From contig CAWCND010000022.1 of the NCBI GenBank assembly GCA_963796835.1, positions 1 to 64,000 of the forward strand: DNA of 64,000 bases. The letters are read 5' to 3'. Within the stretch, counting starts at the first letter, position 1. Each line of letters opens with the position of its first letter. This stretch comes from Candidatus Aminicenantes bacterium. GTDB taxonomy: Bacteria > Acidobacteriota > Aminicenantia > Aminicenantales > Saccharicenantaceae. Below, piece after piece: positions 43,253 to 55,673 of this stretch. Position numbers and translations under genes: made by a program. The notes beneath the pieces were generated by a model, which was given only the letters and a program-made list of their open reading frames with translations, was not told the DNA's origin and did no database searches.

Positions 43253-44543
<1,291 letters not shown>

Positions 44544-44582
44544 ATGGTCTCACCCTCCGTTCCCGTCGGATTCGAGGCCCCC

Positions 44583-46029
44583 TCAGCCCTGGCGAGCCGG
44601 CCGCAGGTTCTCGGCGAAGAGGCGGGCGTATCCCGGGTCGGCGATGGCGCTGGCCACGATCCGGGCCGCCAGGGGCAGGGCCTGCTCCGGCGGCAGGCAG
44701 AAGCCCATCGTCCAGGAAATTCCGCCGGTAGCGGGACACCGCGTCCTTGACGTTCTTGTCCCGGATCGATGACATCGGCCATGAGGCCGGCGAGCGCGTC
44801 GAAGTCGTTCTCCTGTCATGCCGAAGCGGGTCATCTCCTGGACGCCGAGGCGGATGCCGCTCGACTCGAGGAACGTCGCGTCGTCGGGCAGGGCCTGGTA
44901 GTTGGTCAAGATGTTGTTGTCCTCGAGGCGGCGGGCGATGTCCATGCCGGGGCCGAAGGCGCTTGACGCGGATGATGACCTGGTGGGTCTCGGTGTAACC
45001 GTCGCGCTTCGTCGCCTTCGACCGGGATGCCGTGGGCCTTGAGGGCCTTGGCGAAGGCCTTGGCGTTGGCCCGGACCTGGGCCTGGAACGGCTCCTTGAA
45101 CTCGTTCATCTCGTAGGTCGCCATGAGGAGGCCGAGGAGGGTCCCGAGATGGTGGTTGCTCGTCGAGCCGGGGAAGGCCCGCGCCCGGATATCGAGCCAA
45201 AGAGGCCGGAACGGCGAGTCCTTGGGGAAGTTGCCGGCGACGACGCCGCGCTGGGTCCCGAAGAAGGTCTTGTGCGTGCTGCCCGTGACGACGTCCGCCC
45301 CTTCGGCCAGCGGCGCCTGGAAGGCGCCGTAGAGCCCGAGGACGTGGGCCATGTCGAACATGATGACCGGCCGCTGCGGCCAGCTCCGGACGATGTCGGC
45401 CACGAACTTGACCGGCTCGCGATAGAGGAACATGCTCTTGCCGAAGATGATGAGCTCGGGCCGGCGGCTTTCGAGAAGCTCGCCGAGCTTCCGGACGTCG
45501 GGCTTGTAGGGATTGTCGCTTGAGGACCGGGAAATTGACGACCCGCTCCTTGCCCGTCCGGGTCCTCCTCGACGAAGTTGAACAGGGCGCCCATGGGCTG
45601 GGAGCTGAGGTGGCCGCCGTAGATGAGCTCGTTGTTCATGACCAGCCGCATCCGGCGCGACGGCCGGGCCTCGGGCTTGCCCCGGTTGATGAACTTCGAC
45701 CATGCCCTTGAAGACGACCTCGTTGGCCATCTGGCCGCTGACCGGCCGGAGCTCGACGTCGGTGCAGCCGAAATATTTCTCGAGCTCGCGCTGGGCCTCG
45801 AGCTCGACGTCCCGGATGAAGTCGTGCCCTGGTAGAAATAGACCTCCTCGCCCTTCATCGTCCGGTGCTCGGCGTAGCGGCCGGAGGGGTCGGCGATCTC
45901 GCACATCTTGACGAGGAGCGACGGCGTCGACTCCGAGGGGATGAGGTTGAAGCATTCCTGTCTGGCGCCAGGCGCTGTTCCGCTCGGCCCGGCCGCCAGG
46001 CTCTGCGTTTTTTCGTAGAATGATGCCAT
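44583..46029 (-). CDS. glyA: Serine hydroxymethyltransferase-family PLP enzyme (glyA-like), several apparent frameshifts
   Basis: Four SHMT-like segments split across three ORFs (45106-46497, 44906-45955, 44583-45200): [12 protein letters not shown]...[11 protein letters not shown]; [17 protein letters not shown]; [14 protein letters not shown]; tail [21 protein letters not shown]. Confidence 0.6.
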
Positions 46030-46058
46030 TCGATGAACTCCTCGACGGCCGTCCCGGC

Positions 46059-46510
46059 CTATTTGAAGTTCGCGGCTTCGATATCCCGGATCTTCTGGAC
46101 CCGGCGGGCGTGGCGGCCGCCCTCGAACTCCGTCTCGAGCCAGATCCGGACGAGGCGGAGGGCCAGCTCGAGGGAGTGGGTCCGGCCGCCCAGGGTCAGG
46201 CAGTTCGAGTCGTTGTGTTTCCGGCTCATCTCGGCCGCGTATTCGCTCGAGCAGGGCGTCGCCCGGATGCCCTTGAACTTGTTGGCCACGATCGGCCATG
46301 CCCAGCCCCGTGCCGCAGACGAGGATGGCCCGGTCGCAGACGCCTTCGACGACGCCCCGGGCGGCCCGGGCCCCGTAGTCGACGTAGTCCACGGTTTCGC
46401 CGGCGCCGCAGCCGAAATCCTCGAACGCGATCCCGCTGGCCGCGCAGGTAATCCGCGACGCCGGACTTGAGATCGTACCCGGCATGGTCGGACGCAAGAG
46501 CGACTCTCAT
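46059..46510 (-). CDS. rpiB: Ribose-5-phosphate isomerase B (frameshifted near 46290)
   Basis: MRVALASDHAGYDLKS N-terminus. C-terminal ...SNCLTLGGRTHSLELALRLVRIWLETEFEGGRHARRVQKI in another frame. Confidence 0.75.
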
Positions 46511-46583
46511 CCCGGACTCCTTTCTGGCCGCCGAGACCGCCGGATGGCGTCCGCCGGACTCGTCGCCGAAAGCCTCGCCCTGG

Positions 46584-48191
46584 TCAACTCCGGCCCGGCC
46601 GCCGCTTGGCCTGGACGGCCGTCTTCCCTTCGGTCATCCCGGCCGCCTCGGGCAGGACGTCGAGCGCCTTGAGCACGGCCGGGTCGGACAGGCGAGCGAC
46701 GCGGACCCCTTCTTCGAGGCCCCAGATGGCGCCGGCGATCTCCCGTTCGAGCTCCCTCCGGATCTCCTCCTCGGCGTCCTTGAACGCCTTTTCGTCGTCT
46801 CCGACGCTGTGCGGCTTGAGATACTTCCGGAAATCCTCGATGACGGCCGCGTCCACAATGAAGGTCTTGCCGACGACGATCTTTCCGGGGCCGGAACTCT
46901 CCGGGCCTTTCGGATCCTGGGGGAAGACGAAAGTCTGGCCCAGGTCGGTCTGGTGCTGGACAAGCTTCCGGGCGTAGCTGAAAAAGGCCCCGCTCAGGCG
47001 CAGCCGGCCGGTATAAGGCTTCAGGAGAGAATCCACCTTGTAATCGGGCGTGATCCCGCCCTGGCCCAGGACCTTGCGGCCCCGGTCGGTGTACTTGACT
47101 TCGCGGCTGTCGTCGGGGGCCCGCTTGGCGAGGAGAAGGTAATCGTCGATCTGGCTGTAATCCCGCTGGATGGACCGTCCGCTCGGCGTCAGGTACTTGG
47201 CCACGGTCAGGGCCACCGCCGCGTCGGGGGCGAGAGGGAAAACCGTTTGGACGAGGCCCTTGCCCCACGAATCCTCGCCGACGATGAGGCCCCGGTCATG
47301 GTCCATGACGGCCCCGCTGACGATCTCGGAGGCGCTGGCCGTCCCCTGATCGATGAGGATGACGAGCGGGAGCTTCTCGTACTGGCCGTCCCGTTCGGCC
47401 TTGAACTCCCGGTCATAGGCCGGGTTGCGGCCCTTCATGGAGACGATGAGCGTCCCGGACGGGAAGAACAGGTCGGCCACCTCGATGCACTGGACGAGGG
47501 GACCGCCGGTATTCGAACGGAGGTCCAAAATAAGGCTCTTCATCCCCCGGCCGGAAAGCTTGACCAGGGCTTCCTCGAGCTCCCGGGGGGTTTCCTTGGC
47601 GAAATTCCGGATGAAGACGTATCCGACCCCGTTGTCCAGCATGAAGGAATAGGGCACGCTCAGGAGCGGGATCTCCTCCCGGGTGATGGTCAACTCGAAG
47701 GGCTTGTCCAGCCCGTCGCGGACGATGGTGATCGTGACCTTGGTCCCTTTGTCCCCGCGGAGCTTCTGCATCGCCTCGTAGCTCGAGATCGGGACCGTGC
47801 TCTCGCCGTTGATTTGGGAGATCGTGTCGCCGGACTGGATGCCGAGGCGCCAGGCCGGAGTCCCCTCGATCGGCGAAATGACCACGATCTTATCCCCCTG
47901 CTTCTGGATCTGAATGCCGAGGCCATAATACTTGCCCGTGTATTCCTCCCTCTGACGGGAGAAACTGTCAGGATCCAGGAAATAGGAATGGGGATCGAGC
48001 GTGTCCAAGGTCCCCCTGATCGAGGAATAGGCGAGCTGTTGCTCGTCGACCGGCTTGTAATATTCCGCCTCGAGGATCTGGGCCATGGCCCGGACCTTCG
48101 TCAGGGCCGCGGCCCACTGGTCCTGGTCATGGGACGGCATCGGGCCCAGGAGAGCGGCCACAAGGAAGAGGAGGATAACCCGTTTTTTCAT
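46584..48191 (-). CDS. ctp: Carboxyl-terminal processing protease (S41, PDZ-containing)
   Basis: Signal peptide. PDZ region (GDKIVVISPIEGTPAWRLGIQSGDTI). S41 motifs LILDLRSNTGG...GTASASEI. Confidence 0.85.
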   Translation of the reverse strand: MKKRVILLFLVAALLGPMPSHDQDQWAAALTKVRAMAQILEAEYYKPVDEQQLAYSSIRGTLDTLDPHSYFLDPDSFSRQREEYTGKYYGLGIQIQKQGDKIVVISPIEGTPAWRLGIQSGDTISQINGESTVPISSYEAMQKLRGDKGTKVTITIVRDGLDKPFELTITREEIPLLSVPYSFMLDNGVGYVFIRNFAKETPRELEEALVKLSGRGMKSLILDLRSNTGGPLVQCIEVADLFFPSGTLIVSMKGRNPAYDREFKAERDGQYEKLPLVILIDQGTASASEIVSGAVMDHDRGLIVGEDSWGKGLVQTVFPLAPDAAVALTVAKYLTPSGRSIQRDYSQIDDYLLLAKRAPDDSREVKYTDRGRKVLGQGGITPDYKVDSLLKPYTGRLRLSGAFFSYARKLVQHQTDLGQTFVFPQDPKGPESSGPGKIVVGKTFIVDAAVIEDFRKYLKPHSVGDDEKAFKDAEEEIRRELEREIAGAIWGLEEGVRVARLSDPAVLKALDVLPEAAGMTEGKTAVQAKRRPGRS

Positions 48192-48319
48192 GGTCTTCGC
48201 CGAAAAAACATCTTACCAAAGCCCTCCTTTAAAGTAAAGCTGACGGAGGTGTGCGGTCTTTTGCGCTCCCCCCTACCAGATGGCATGCCCGCCGTGGTAT
48301 AATGTGCGGAGAGAAGGTC

Positions 48320-48766
48320 ATGTTCGGAAGCGTCGGGCCTACGGAACTCATCCTCATCTTCATCATCGCCCTGCTCGTTTTCGGCCCCAAGAAGCTCCCC
48401 GAGGTCGGCAAGTCCGTCGGCAAGGCCCTCCGGGAGTTCAAGAAGGCCTCGGAGGAGATCAAGGGGAGGATCGAAGACGAGATCAACGCCTCGGAGCTCA
48501 AGGACCTCGGCAAGGACCTCCAATCCGGCGTCAACAGCCTCAGGGACGGGATCAGGGGGATCGCCGATGCCACCGGAGTGACGGACCTCAGGAACGAGAT
48601 CAAGGGAACGGCGCAGGCTCCGGCCGCCCCGAGCCCCTATGACCGGCAGGAGAAATTGGTGGCGCCGGAGGAAGGCCCGGCGAAGGACCCCCAGCCCGAC
48701 GCCATAAAGATCAACAAGGACGCGACCGGAAATGAGAATGGGGAAGGGCCAAAAATCTCCGGATGA
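48320..48766 (+). CDS. tatA: TatA/TatB-family twin-arginine translocase subunit (148 aa, long C-terminal tail)
   Basis: MFGSVGPTELILIFIIALLVFGPKKLPEVGKSVGKALREFKKA. GAGAAGG RBS. Confidence 0.8.
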   Translation: MFGSVGPTELILIFIIALLVFGPKKLPEVGKSVGKALREFKKASEEIKGRIEDEINASELKDLGKDLQSGVNSLRDGIRGIADATGVTDLRNEIKGTAQAPAAPSPYDRQEKLVAPEEGPAKDPQPDAIKINKDATGNENGEGPKISG

Positions 48767-49516
48767 GATGACCTTCCTCGAGCATCTGGAGGACCTCCGG
48801 AAGCGGCTCTTCTATTCCGCCATCGCCTTGCTCGTCGGCTTCGTGCCGGGGTGGATTTTCGCCAAGCAGATCTTCAATATCCTCGCCCGGCCCGTCACTG
48901 AGTATTTCTCCGCCGAGGGAGAGAGCCTTGCCTTCACGCACCTCATCGATCCCTTCATGGTGTATCTGAAGACCGGCTTCTTGGCCGCGGCGTTCGTCGC
49001 CTCGCCCTTCATCTTCCTCCAGCTTTGGTATTTCATGGCCCCGGGTCTCTACCAAAAGGAGAAGAAGTACGTCGTCCCTTCGTCGTCATGACGACCGTAT
49101 TCTTCTCGGCCGGCGCGGCCTTCGCTTATTTCATCGTCTTCCCCTTCGCCTGCCGTTTCTTCCTGCAGCTCGGCAGCGGCTTCAAGCCCGTCATAATGGT
49201 TGACGAGTACTTCGGCTTCGCCCTGAAGATGCTTGCTCGAGCATCGCCTTGACGTTCGAGACGCCGACGCTCGTCTATCTTTCTGTCCAAGATGGGCATC
49301 ATCACCGCCAATTGGATGATCAAGAACTTCAAGTATGCCGTGCTGGTCATATTCATCATCGCGGCCGTCATCACCCCGACGCCCGACTGGATCAACCAGA
49401 GCATCGTGGCCCTCCCGATGTTGGCCCTCTACGGCCTCAGCATCCTGATCGCCCTCATCGTCGGACGCCAGAAAACGAAAGCCGCGGCTTCCTCCGGGGA
49501 TCCGTCGGCCGGATAA
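48732..49516 (+). CDS. tatC: Twin-arginine translocase TatC (two apparent frameshifts, ~49070 and ~49250). Start may be the ATG at 48768.
   Basis: MTFLEHLEDLRKRLFYSAIALLVGF...; FVVMTTVFFSAGAAFAYFIVFPFACRFF...; ...VLVIFIIAAVITPTPDWINQ... All TatC-typical, but spread over three frames. Confidence 0.75.
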
Positions 49517-49610
49517 ATAGACAGCCCCGGGGAAGGGCACCCAAGAAAAGCCGGCCGCGCCCGCTTTTTCCCCCGGCGCCGGCCGTCGACGGAAGGACGG
49601 TTCTGACGAC

Positions 49611-51254
49611 ATGGACGGACGCTTGATCATCCGGAACGAACGCGTGGAGACCGCAGAAAAGCTCGTTTCCGAGAACCCCGCCACCCTCGAGCCCGTCGGC
49701 GAAGCGAGCCTGGCCTCCGGGGCCCTCTGCGAAGAGGCCGTCCGGGCCGCGAAGGAGGCCTATCCTTTTTGGAGGGAAATGCCGCCGGCCGACAAGCGGC
49801 GGATCTTCAAGCGCGCGGAAGCCGTCCTCGAGCGCCGGAGCGGAGAGGCGGCCAGGCTCATCGCCAGGGAAAAAGGGTCTCCGTACGCCGAATCGCTGGC
49901 GGTCGAGGTTTACAGCGCCCTCGAATCGCTCAATTACTACGCCGGGAACCAGGGGCGGCTCCTTCGGCCCCTGGCCGCGAAACACCACGTCCCCCTTTTC
50001 CATCACAAGAAGAGCGCTTTCCATTTCCACCCGCTGGGCCCGACGCTCATCATCTCTCCCTGGAACTTTCCCTTCCTCATCCCCTTCTGCGATGTTCTGA
50101 GCGCCCTGACCGCCGGGAACACGGTCGTCCTCCGGCCGTCGACGACGACACCGCTCGCCGCGCTCCTTCTCGGCGAGATCTTCATCGAGGCCGGACTGCC
50201 GCCGGGCGTGCTCAACGTCGTCGTCTGCCGCGTGCCCCAGGCCGAAGCCATGATCGTCCATCCCGGCATTCAGACCGTGATGTTCACGGGGAGCGTGGGG
50301 GTCGGCAAGCGGATCATGGAGCTGGCCAGCCGGAACCTGACCAACCTGACCCTCGAGCTCGGCGGCAAGGACCCCATGATCGTCCTCGAGGACGCCGACC
50401 TCGAGAGGGCCGCCCGCGGAGCCGTCTGGACGTCCTTCATGAACTGCGGCCAGAGCTGCGGCTCGATCGAACGGGTTTATGTGGCCAGAGAGGTCGCCGA
50501 AAAATTCACGGCCAGGGTCATCGACCTCGCGAGACAGGTCAAGGTGGGAGATCCTCTGGAGCCCGGGGTGGACATGGGACCGATGGCCAACGCGGCGCAG
50601 CTCAAGGTCGTCGAGGAGCACATCGCCGACGCCCGGGCCAAGGGCGCCGCCGTCCCGGTCGGAGGGTCGAGGATCGCGCCGCTCCCCGGCCATTTCATCG
50701 AGCCCACCGTCCTCACCGGCGTCGACCACACGATGAAGATCATGACCGAGGAGACGTTCGGTCCGACGCTGCCCATCATGGCCTTCGGCCGTCCGGAGGA
50801 GGCCGTGGCCCTGGCCAACGACAGTCTCTATGGATTGACGGCCTCGGTCTGGACGCGGAGCCGGAAGCGCGCCGAGTGGTTCGCCGAGCGGCTGGACGCA
50901 GGGTCGGTCACGGTCAACGACCACATGTCTTCTTTCGTCGAGCCCCGGGCCATCTGGGGCGGCATCAAGCAGACGGGCATGGGGCGGTCCCATGGCCCCT
51001 TCGGCCTCCACGAGCTGGTCAACATCAAGTACGTGAGCCTGGACTTCCTCGGGAAGAAGTCCCAAACCTGGTGGTTCCCCTATGACCAGGGCCTGGAGCA
51101 TATCCTCGAAAAGACGATCACCGTCTATCACGGAGAGGGCCTCGGGCGGAGACTGGGGGCCGCCTTCGCGCTCCGTTCCGGGCTCGGGCGCATCCTTCGG
51201 ACGAGCGCGGCGATGAACTACGTCAAAAGCCTGCCCCGGATCTTCAAGAGATGA
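49611..51254 (+). CDS. NAD(P)-dependent aldehyde dehydrogenase family protein
   Basis: LELGGKDP, GQSCGSIERVYV (catalytic Cys) and ETFGP motifs. 547 aa. Confidence 0.85.
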   Translation: MDGRLIIRNERVETAEKLVSENPATLEPVGEASLASGALCEEAVRAAKEAYPFWREMPPADKRRIFKRAEAVLERRSGEAARLIAREKGSPYAESLAVEVYSALESLNYYAGNQGRLLRPLAAKHHVPLFHHKKSAFHFHPLGPTLIISPWNFPFLIPFCDVLSALTAGNTVVLRPSTTTPLAALLLGEIFIEAGLPPGVLNVVVCRVPQAEAMIVHPGIQTVMFTGSVGVGKRIMELASRNLTNLTLELGGKDPMIVLEDADLERAARGAVWTSFMNCGQSCGSIERVYVAREVAEKFTARVIDLARQVKVGDPLEPGVDMGPMANAAQLKVVEEHIADARAKGAAVPVGGSRIAPLPGHFIEPTVLTGVDHTMKIMTEETFGPTLPIMAFGRPEEAVALANDSLYGLTASVWTRSRKRAEWFAERLDAGSVTVNDHMSSFVEPRAIWGGIKQTGMGRSHGPFGLHELVNIKYVSLDFLGKKSQTWWFPYDQGLEHILEKTITVYHGEGLGRRLGAAFALRSGLGRILRTSAAMNYVKSLPRIFKR

Positions 51255-51795
51255 AAACCCGGCCGAAGCTCATCGGTCTGACCGGCACCAACGGCGCCGG
51301 CAAGGGAGAGGCGGCGGCATTTTTCATGGCCGGGGCTATGCGTACGCTTCGCTCTCCGACATCCTCCGCGAGGAGCTCCGGGACCGCGGCCTGGAGATCA
51401 CGCGAGACGGCCTGATCAGCGAAGGGCAACGAGCTGCCGGGAAAGATTCGGCCCCGACGTCCTGGCCCGCCGGACCATGGCCAAGGTGGCCGGGCCGACG
51501 GTCATCGACAGCATCCGCAACACCCGCGGAGGTGGCCGTCCTGCGGGACGCCGGGCGATTCGTCCTGCTGGCCTTCGACGCGCCCGCCGAGGTGCGCTTC
51601 GGCCGCGTCACGGCCCGCGGCCGGAACGAGTCGCGCCGCGACGCTCGAGGAATTCCGGAAGGAAGAGGACGAGAGAAGCGGGACGGCGGCGGCCGCCCAG
51701 CAGCTCCAGCCTGCATGGCCCTGGCCGACCGAACGATCGTCTGGAACGACGGCACGATCGAAGACCTGCACCATCGCCTGGAGGAAATCCTATGA
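51251..51795 (+). CDS. Small P-loop NMP/dNMP kinase-like protein (AAA_17/dephospho-CoA-kinase-like). Several apparent frameshifts.
   Basis: KLIGLTGTNGAGKGE Walker A directly after the ALDH stop (ATGA overlap). Remaining frames give ...GYAYASLSDILREELRDRGLEITRDGL... and ...ADRTIVNDGTIEDLHHRLEEIL. Confidence 0.45.
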
Positions 51796-52315
51796 CGCCC
51801 ACGCGCACTCCAAGGAAGAGTATTATCTGGGCATCGCCAAGGAGGTGGCCCGCCGGAGCACCTGCTTCCGCCGGTCCATCGGGGCGCATCATCGTCCGGG
51901 ACGACCAGATCATCTCCACGGGCTACGTCGGCGCGCCGCGCAAGACCAGGACAGCGTCGAGCACGGCTTCTGCCTGCGGGACCAGCTCGGCATCCCCCAC
52001 GGCCAGCGCTACGAGCTCTGCCGGAGCGTCCACGCCGAGCAGAACGCCATCATCAACGCCGCCCGGGCCGGGGTCAGCCTCCTCGGCGGCGACATGTATA
52101 TCTATCGGGAGCGCGCCCGGAGACCGGCAAGCGCGATCAACGCCTTCCCCTGCTTCATCTGCAAGAAGATGATCATCAACGCCGGTCTCGTCCGCGTCGT
52201 CTGCTCGACCGCGGCCGGGCTGCACGCAGAGTCTTTCGCATCGACGAGTGGGCCCGGGCCTGGCGCGAAGCGCGACATCCTCGACGACACACACCAGTAC
52301 GGGAAAAAATCATGA
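51792..52315 (+). CDS. dCMP/cytidine deaminase family protein (ComEB-like), frameshifted near its start
   Basis: EEYYLGIAKEVARRSTCFRRSIGA..., HAEQNAIINAARAG (zinc-binding HAE) and PCFICKKMIINAG (PCxxC). Confidence 0.7.
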
Positions 52316-52483
52316 CGGCAGGGGTCGCCGGGGGCCGAAGCCGCCTCGCCCTGCTGACTCTGACTCGCCGCTCGTCCGTTCCAGGGCCAACCGCTCGCCC
52401 GCTCCCGGCCGGACACGGAATGGCAGGCCCGCGGCCGAGCGACGGCCCGGGCTCCTGCGCCTCCTGGGCATCGACGCCTCGCC

Positions 52484-54523
52484 CGAATCGATGGACTACG
52501 TCCGTCAACAAAACCCAGTTCCAGCTCCATACCCTGCTCACCGAGCAGCGCCACCCCAAGACCTGGAATCCTCGAGCGAGCGGATCCAGAAGGACACCGC
52601 AGGCCGGACTGCGGATGCTCTTCGCGGTCGACGAGGACGTCGCCGGCCAGGCTCGAGCCATGGCGGCCGAACGGCGGCCGCTCGACCGGGCTCGTCGGCG
52701 AGCCATCGAGGCCGCTGTCCTGGCCAAGAGGAAATCTATGTCTACGGCTGCGGCGCCACGGGGCGGCTGGCCAAGCAGATGGAGAGCGTCCTTCTGGCGC
52801 CCGTTCTGGCGAAAGGTCAAGCCGAGACCGAAGATCTGGTCCAAGCTCGCCGGGGGCCTCGTCGCGGGCGATCGAGGACGAGCTCGTCGGCGAGATGACC
52901 GGCGGCGACCGGGCCCTGATCAGCTCCCTCGAGGGTTTCGAGGACCTCCAGCTCATCGGCCGCCTGCAGCTCCGGACCGCGGGATGCCAGCGGGCGACGT
53001 CGTCATCTGCGTCACCGAGGGCGGCGAGACGTCTCGGTCATCGGCACGGTCCTGGGGGCCTCGAGCAGTGGACGGCGCGGCCCGGCTACGACCCGCGCGC
53101 AAGCCGGAGGAGCCTTTACTTTATCTACAACAACCCCGACGACAAGCTCCTGCCCTTCGAGCGCAGCCGGAAGGTCATCGAGGAAGCCGGGCATCACCAA
53201 GATCAACCTGACGACCGGCCCCCAGGCCATCGCCGGCTCGACCCGGATGCAGGCCACGACGATCGAGACGTTCGTCTGGGCAGCGCCCTCGAGACGGCCG
53301 TCGAGCGCTCCTGCGCAAGGCCCTCTCCGCGAAAGGAGATGGCGCGGCTCGGGCTTCCGGGAGGCCGGTCGACGATCGGGGCCAGGCTGAGGCAGTTCGC
53401 CTCGGTGCTCGGAGCGACGCAGGAGAGCGCTCCCGGCTCTGGCCCGGCTGACGGACCTCGAGGCGGAGGCCTACGCCGACGGCTGTTTCTCAACTTATTT
53501 CGCGGACGAAGGCCTGATCACCGTCTTCATCGACAGCACGGAGCGAAGCCCGACGTTCCGGCTCTATCCGCTCGACACCGTCAAGGAGCCCCAGCGCAAA
53601 TGCTGGATCCAGGTCTGGACGGGGGCGCGAGACGGGCCGGGACGCCTGGCGGGCTTTCCTGGGACGGCCGTTCCGGGGCCTCGCCGCGAGTCCTACCGGG
53701 CGCCCTTCGAAGAGAAGATCGACGATCCGTACCTCCGGCGGGCGGCCCTCGAGAGCCTGAAAAAGGCGGGCGACGACCAGGCAGGACCTCTACGATTTCT
53801 CCTTCTCGGCGTCAAACCGCGAAACCCGGGGGCCGAAATCCGGCGACCTGGGGGTCCTCGTCGCCCTCCCGCCCGAGGCGATGGAATTCCGGAACAACGG
53901 GTCCGTATTTCCGGCGCTTCATGGACCTCTTTGCCGGGGACGGGATGAGCTTGGCCGTCCTTCTTGTCACGGACGCGGATCCCAAGACCGCCGCGAGGCT
54001 CAAAGAGCAGGTCCGGCGGGCCTACAAGGGCAAGCCGGACGCCCTCCGGGTCGTCCTCGTCCAGGTCCCGGCCGCCGGGCCCGGCGATCCCTTCGGCCTG
54101 AACGGGCAGGTCGCGGTCAAGATGATCCTCAACGCCCACTCGACGGCGGTCATGGCCAAGCTGGGCAAGGTCATCGGGAACACCATGACCAACGTCAGCC
54201 CGTCGAACCTGAAGCTCATCGGGCGCGCGACCTATCTCATCCAGTCCCACGTCAATGATGTCCTGGGGCGGGCGGCGTGGGGCAAGGCGAACGGCAGGCC
54301 GAAGCAGATCTCCTATGGCGAGGCCAACGCGGTCCTGTTCGATTCGATCGCCTATCTGGGAAACCGGCAGAAAGAGGCCGGGCAGACGGCCGAGGTCGCC
54401 TTCTCTATCGTCCGCTCCCTGGAGTCCCTGAAGCTGATGCGCGCCGTCAGCCATGACGAGGCGCTGGAGATTATCAGGACGACCGGGCTCGCCGCGTACC
54501 TGGCCGGCGCCAAGGGCGGCTGA
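52484..54523 (+). CDS. Two-SIS-domain protein of the MurQ/GckR family (N-acetylmuramic acid 6-phosphate etherase-like). At least 3 apparent frameshifts.
   Basis: FQLHTLLTEQRHPKTWN, KIYVYGCGATGRLAKQ and the C-terminal ...GQVAVKMILNAHSTAVMAKLGKVIGNTMTNVSPSNLKLIGRATYLIQ are MurQ-signature-like. Total length ~680 aa implies a GckR-like duplication. Confidence 0.5.
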   Translation, partial: RIDGLRPSTKPSSSSIPCSPSSATPRPGILERADPEGHRRPDCGCSSRSTRTSPARLEPWRPNGGRSTGLVGEPSRPLSWPRGNLCLRLRRHGAAGQADGERPSGARSGERSSRDRRSGPSSPGASSRAIEDELVGEMTGGDRALISSLEGFEDLQLIGRLQLRTAGCQRATSSSASPRAARRLGHRHGPGGLEQWTARPGYDPRASRRSLYFIYNNPDDKLLPFERSRKVIEEAGHHQDQPDDRPPGHRRLDPDAGHDDRDVRLGSALETAVERSCARPSPRKEMARLGLPGGRSTIGARLRQFASVLGATQESAPGSGPADGPRGGGLRRRLFLNLFRGRRPDHRLHRQHGAKPDVPALSARHRQGAPAQMLDPGLDGGARRAGTPGGLSWDGRSGASPRVLPGALRREDRRSVPPAGGPREPEKGGRRPGRTSTISPSRRQTAKPGGRNPATWGSSSPSRPRRWNSGTTGPYFRRFMDLFAGDGMSLAVLLVTDADPKTAARLKEQVRRAYKGKPDALRVVLVQVPAAGPGDPFGLNGQVAVKMILNAHSTAVMAKLGKVIGNTMTNVSPSNLKLIGRATYLIQSHVNDVLGRAAWGKANGRPKQISYGEANAVLFDSIAYLGNRQKEAGQTAEVAFSIVRSLESLKLMRAVSHDEALEIIRTTGLAAYLAGAKGG

Positions 54524-54544
54524 GGCGGTTTGACCCCTCCTTGA

Positions 54545-55655
54545 TTACGGGAGGGGCGGACCGTCGAGGTCGTAGCACGGCGGGGAAGCCGGTCGCGGTT
54601 TCCGCCGGGCCTTCGATCCGGTCTGCGGGTAGACGAAGACCTCGCCGGCGTAGTTCCGCATCACGACCTGCTCGTCGTTGATCGACTGGACGTAGTTCGG
54701 GATGAGCGGGATCTTCCCGCCGCCTCCCGGCGCGTCGATGCAGTAATACGGGACGGCCATGCCGGACGTCCAGCCTCTCAGGGCGTCCATGATCTCGAGC
54801 CCCTTCTCGACCGTCGTCCGGAGGTGCTCCGTCCCGCTCACGTAGTCCGCTTGGTAGATATAGTACGGCCGGACCCGGACCGCGAGGAGTTTCTGCATCA
54901 GCCGTTTCATCGTCTGCGGGTCGTCGTTGACGCCCTTGAGCAGGACGGTCTGGTTTCCGAGCGGAATGCCCGCGTCGGCCAGCATGGCGAGGGCCTTCGT
55001 CGCTTCCGGCGTGATCTCGTCCGGATGGTTGAAATGGACATTGACGTAGAGCGGGTGGTACTTGCGGAGCATCGCCACGAGCTTCTCCGTGATCCGCTGC
55101 GGCAGGACGCACGGCACCCGGGTCCCGATCCGGATGATCTCGACGTGGGGAATGGCCCGGATGGCCTTGACGATGTTCTCGATCTTCCGGTCGCTGAGCA
55201 TGAGGGGGTCGCCGCCCGAGATGATGACGTCGCGGACCTCCGGGTGGGCCCGGATATACTCGATCCCGCCCTTCGAGGTAGCGCGGATGGATCTTCGACG
55301 GGTCTCCGACCTTCCTCTTCCTCGTGCAGAACCGGCAGTAGGAGGCGCAGCTGTGCGAGACGAGGAACAGGACCCGGTCGGGATAGCGGTGGACGATCCC
55401 GGGCACCGGCGAATCCTCGTCCTCGAGCAGGGGGTCGGCGTCCCCGGTGTTCTCCTTGAGCTCGGCCGGGTCGGGGACCATCTGGCGCCACATGGCGTCG
55501 CCCTTCTCCTTGATCAAACTGGCATAGTGCGAGGTGATCTGGATCTTGAACACGCGGGCGATCCGCTTGACCTCCTCCAGATCGAGTCCGAACGTGCGGG
55601 CGATCTCCTCAGGCTTCCTGAGACTGCCCTGAAGCAAACGTTGCCAGTCGTCCAT
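54545..55655 (-). CDS. kamA: KamA-family radical-SAM aminomutase, predicted L-lysine 2,3-aminomutase (apparent frameshift near 55260)
   Basis: CASYCRFCTRKRKV radical-SAM cluster motif. YYIYQADYVSGTEHLR and YCIDAPGGGGKIPL keep the two Asp residues I recall as binding the lysine epsilon-amino group. No EpmA partner nearby. Confidence 0.7.
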
Positions 55656-55673
55656 CTCCTCAAGACTCCTTAC

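Noticed and set aside
46467-48302. 611-aa plus-strand ORF
   Set aside because: Antisense to the intact ctp gene. Low-complexity.
49455-51131. 558-aa minus-strand ORF
   Set aside because: Antisense to the intact aldehyde dehydrogenase gene.
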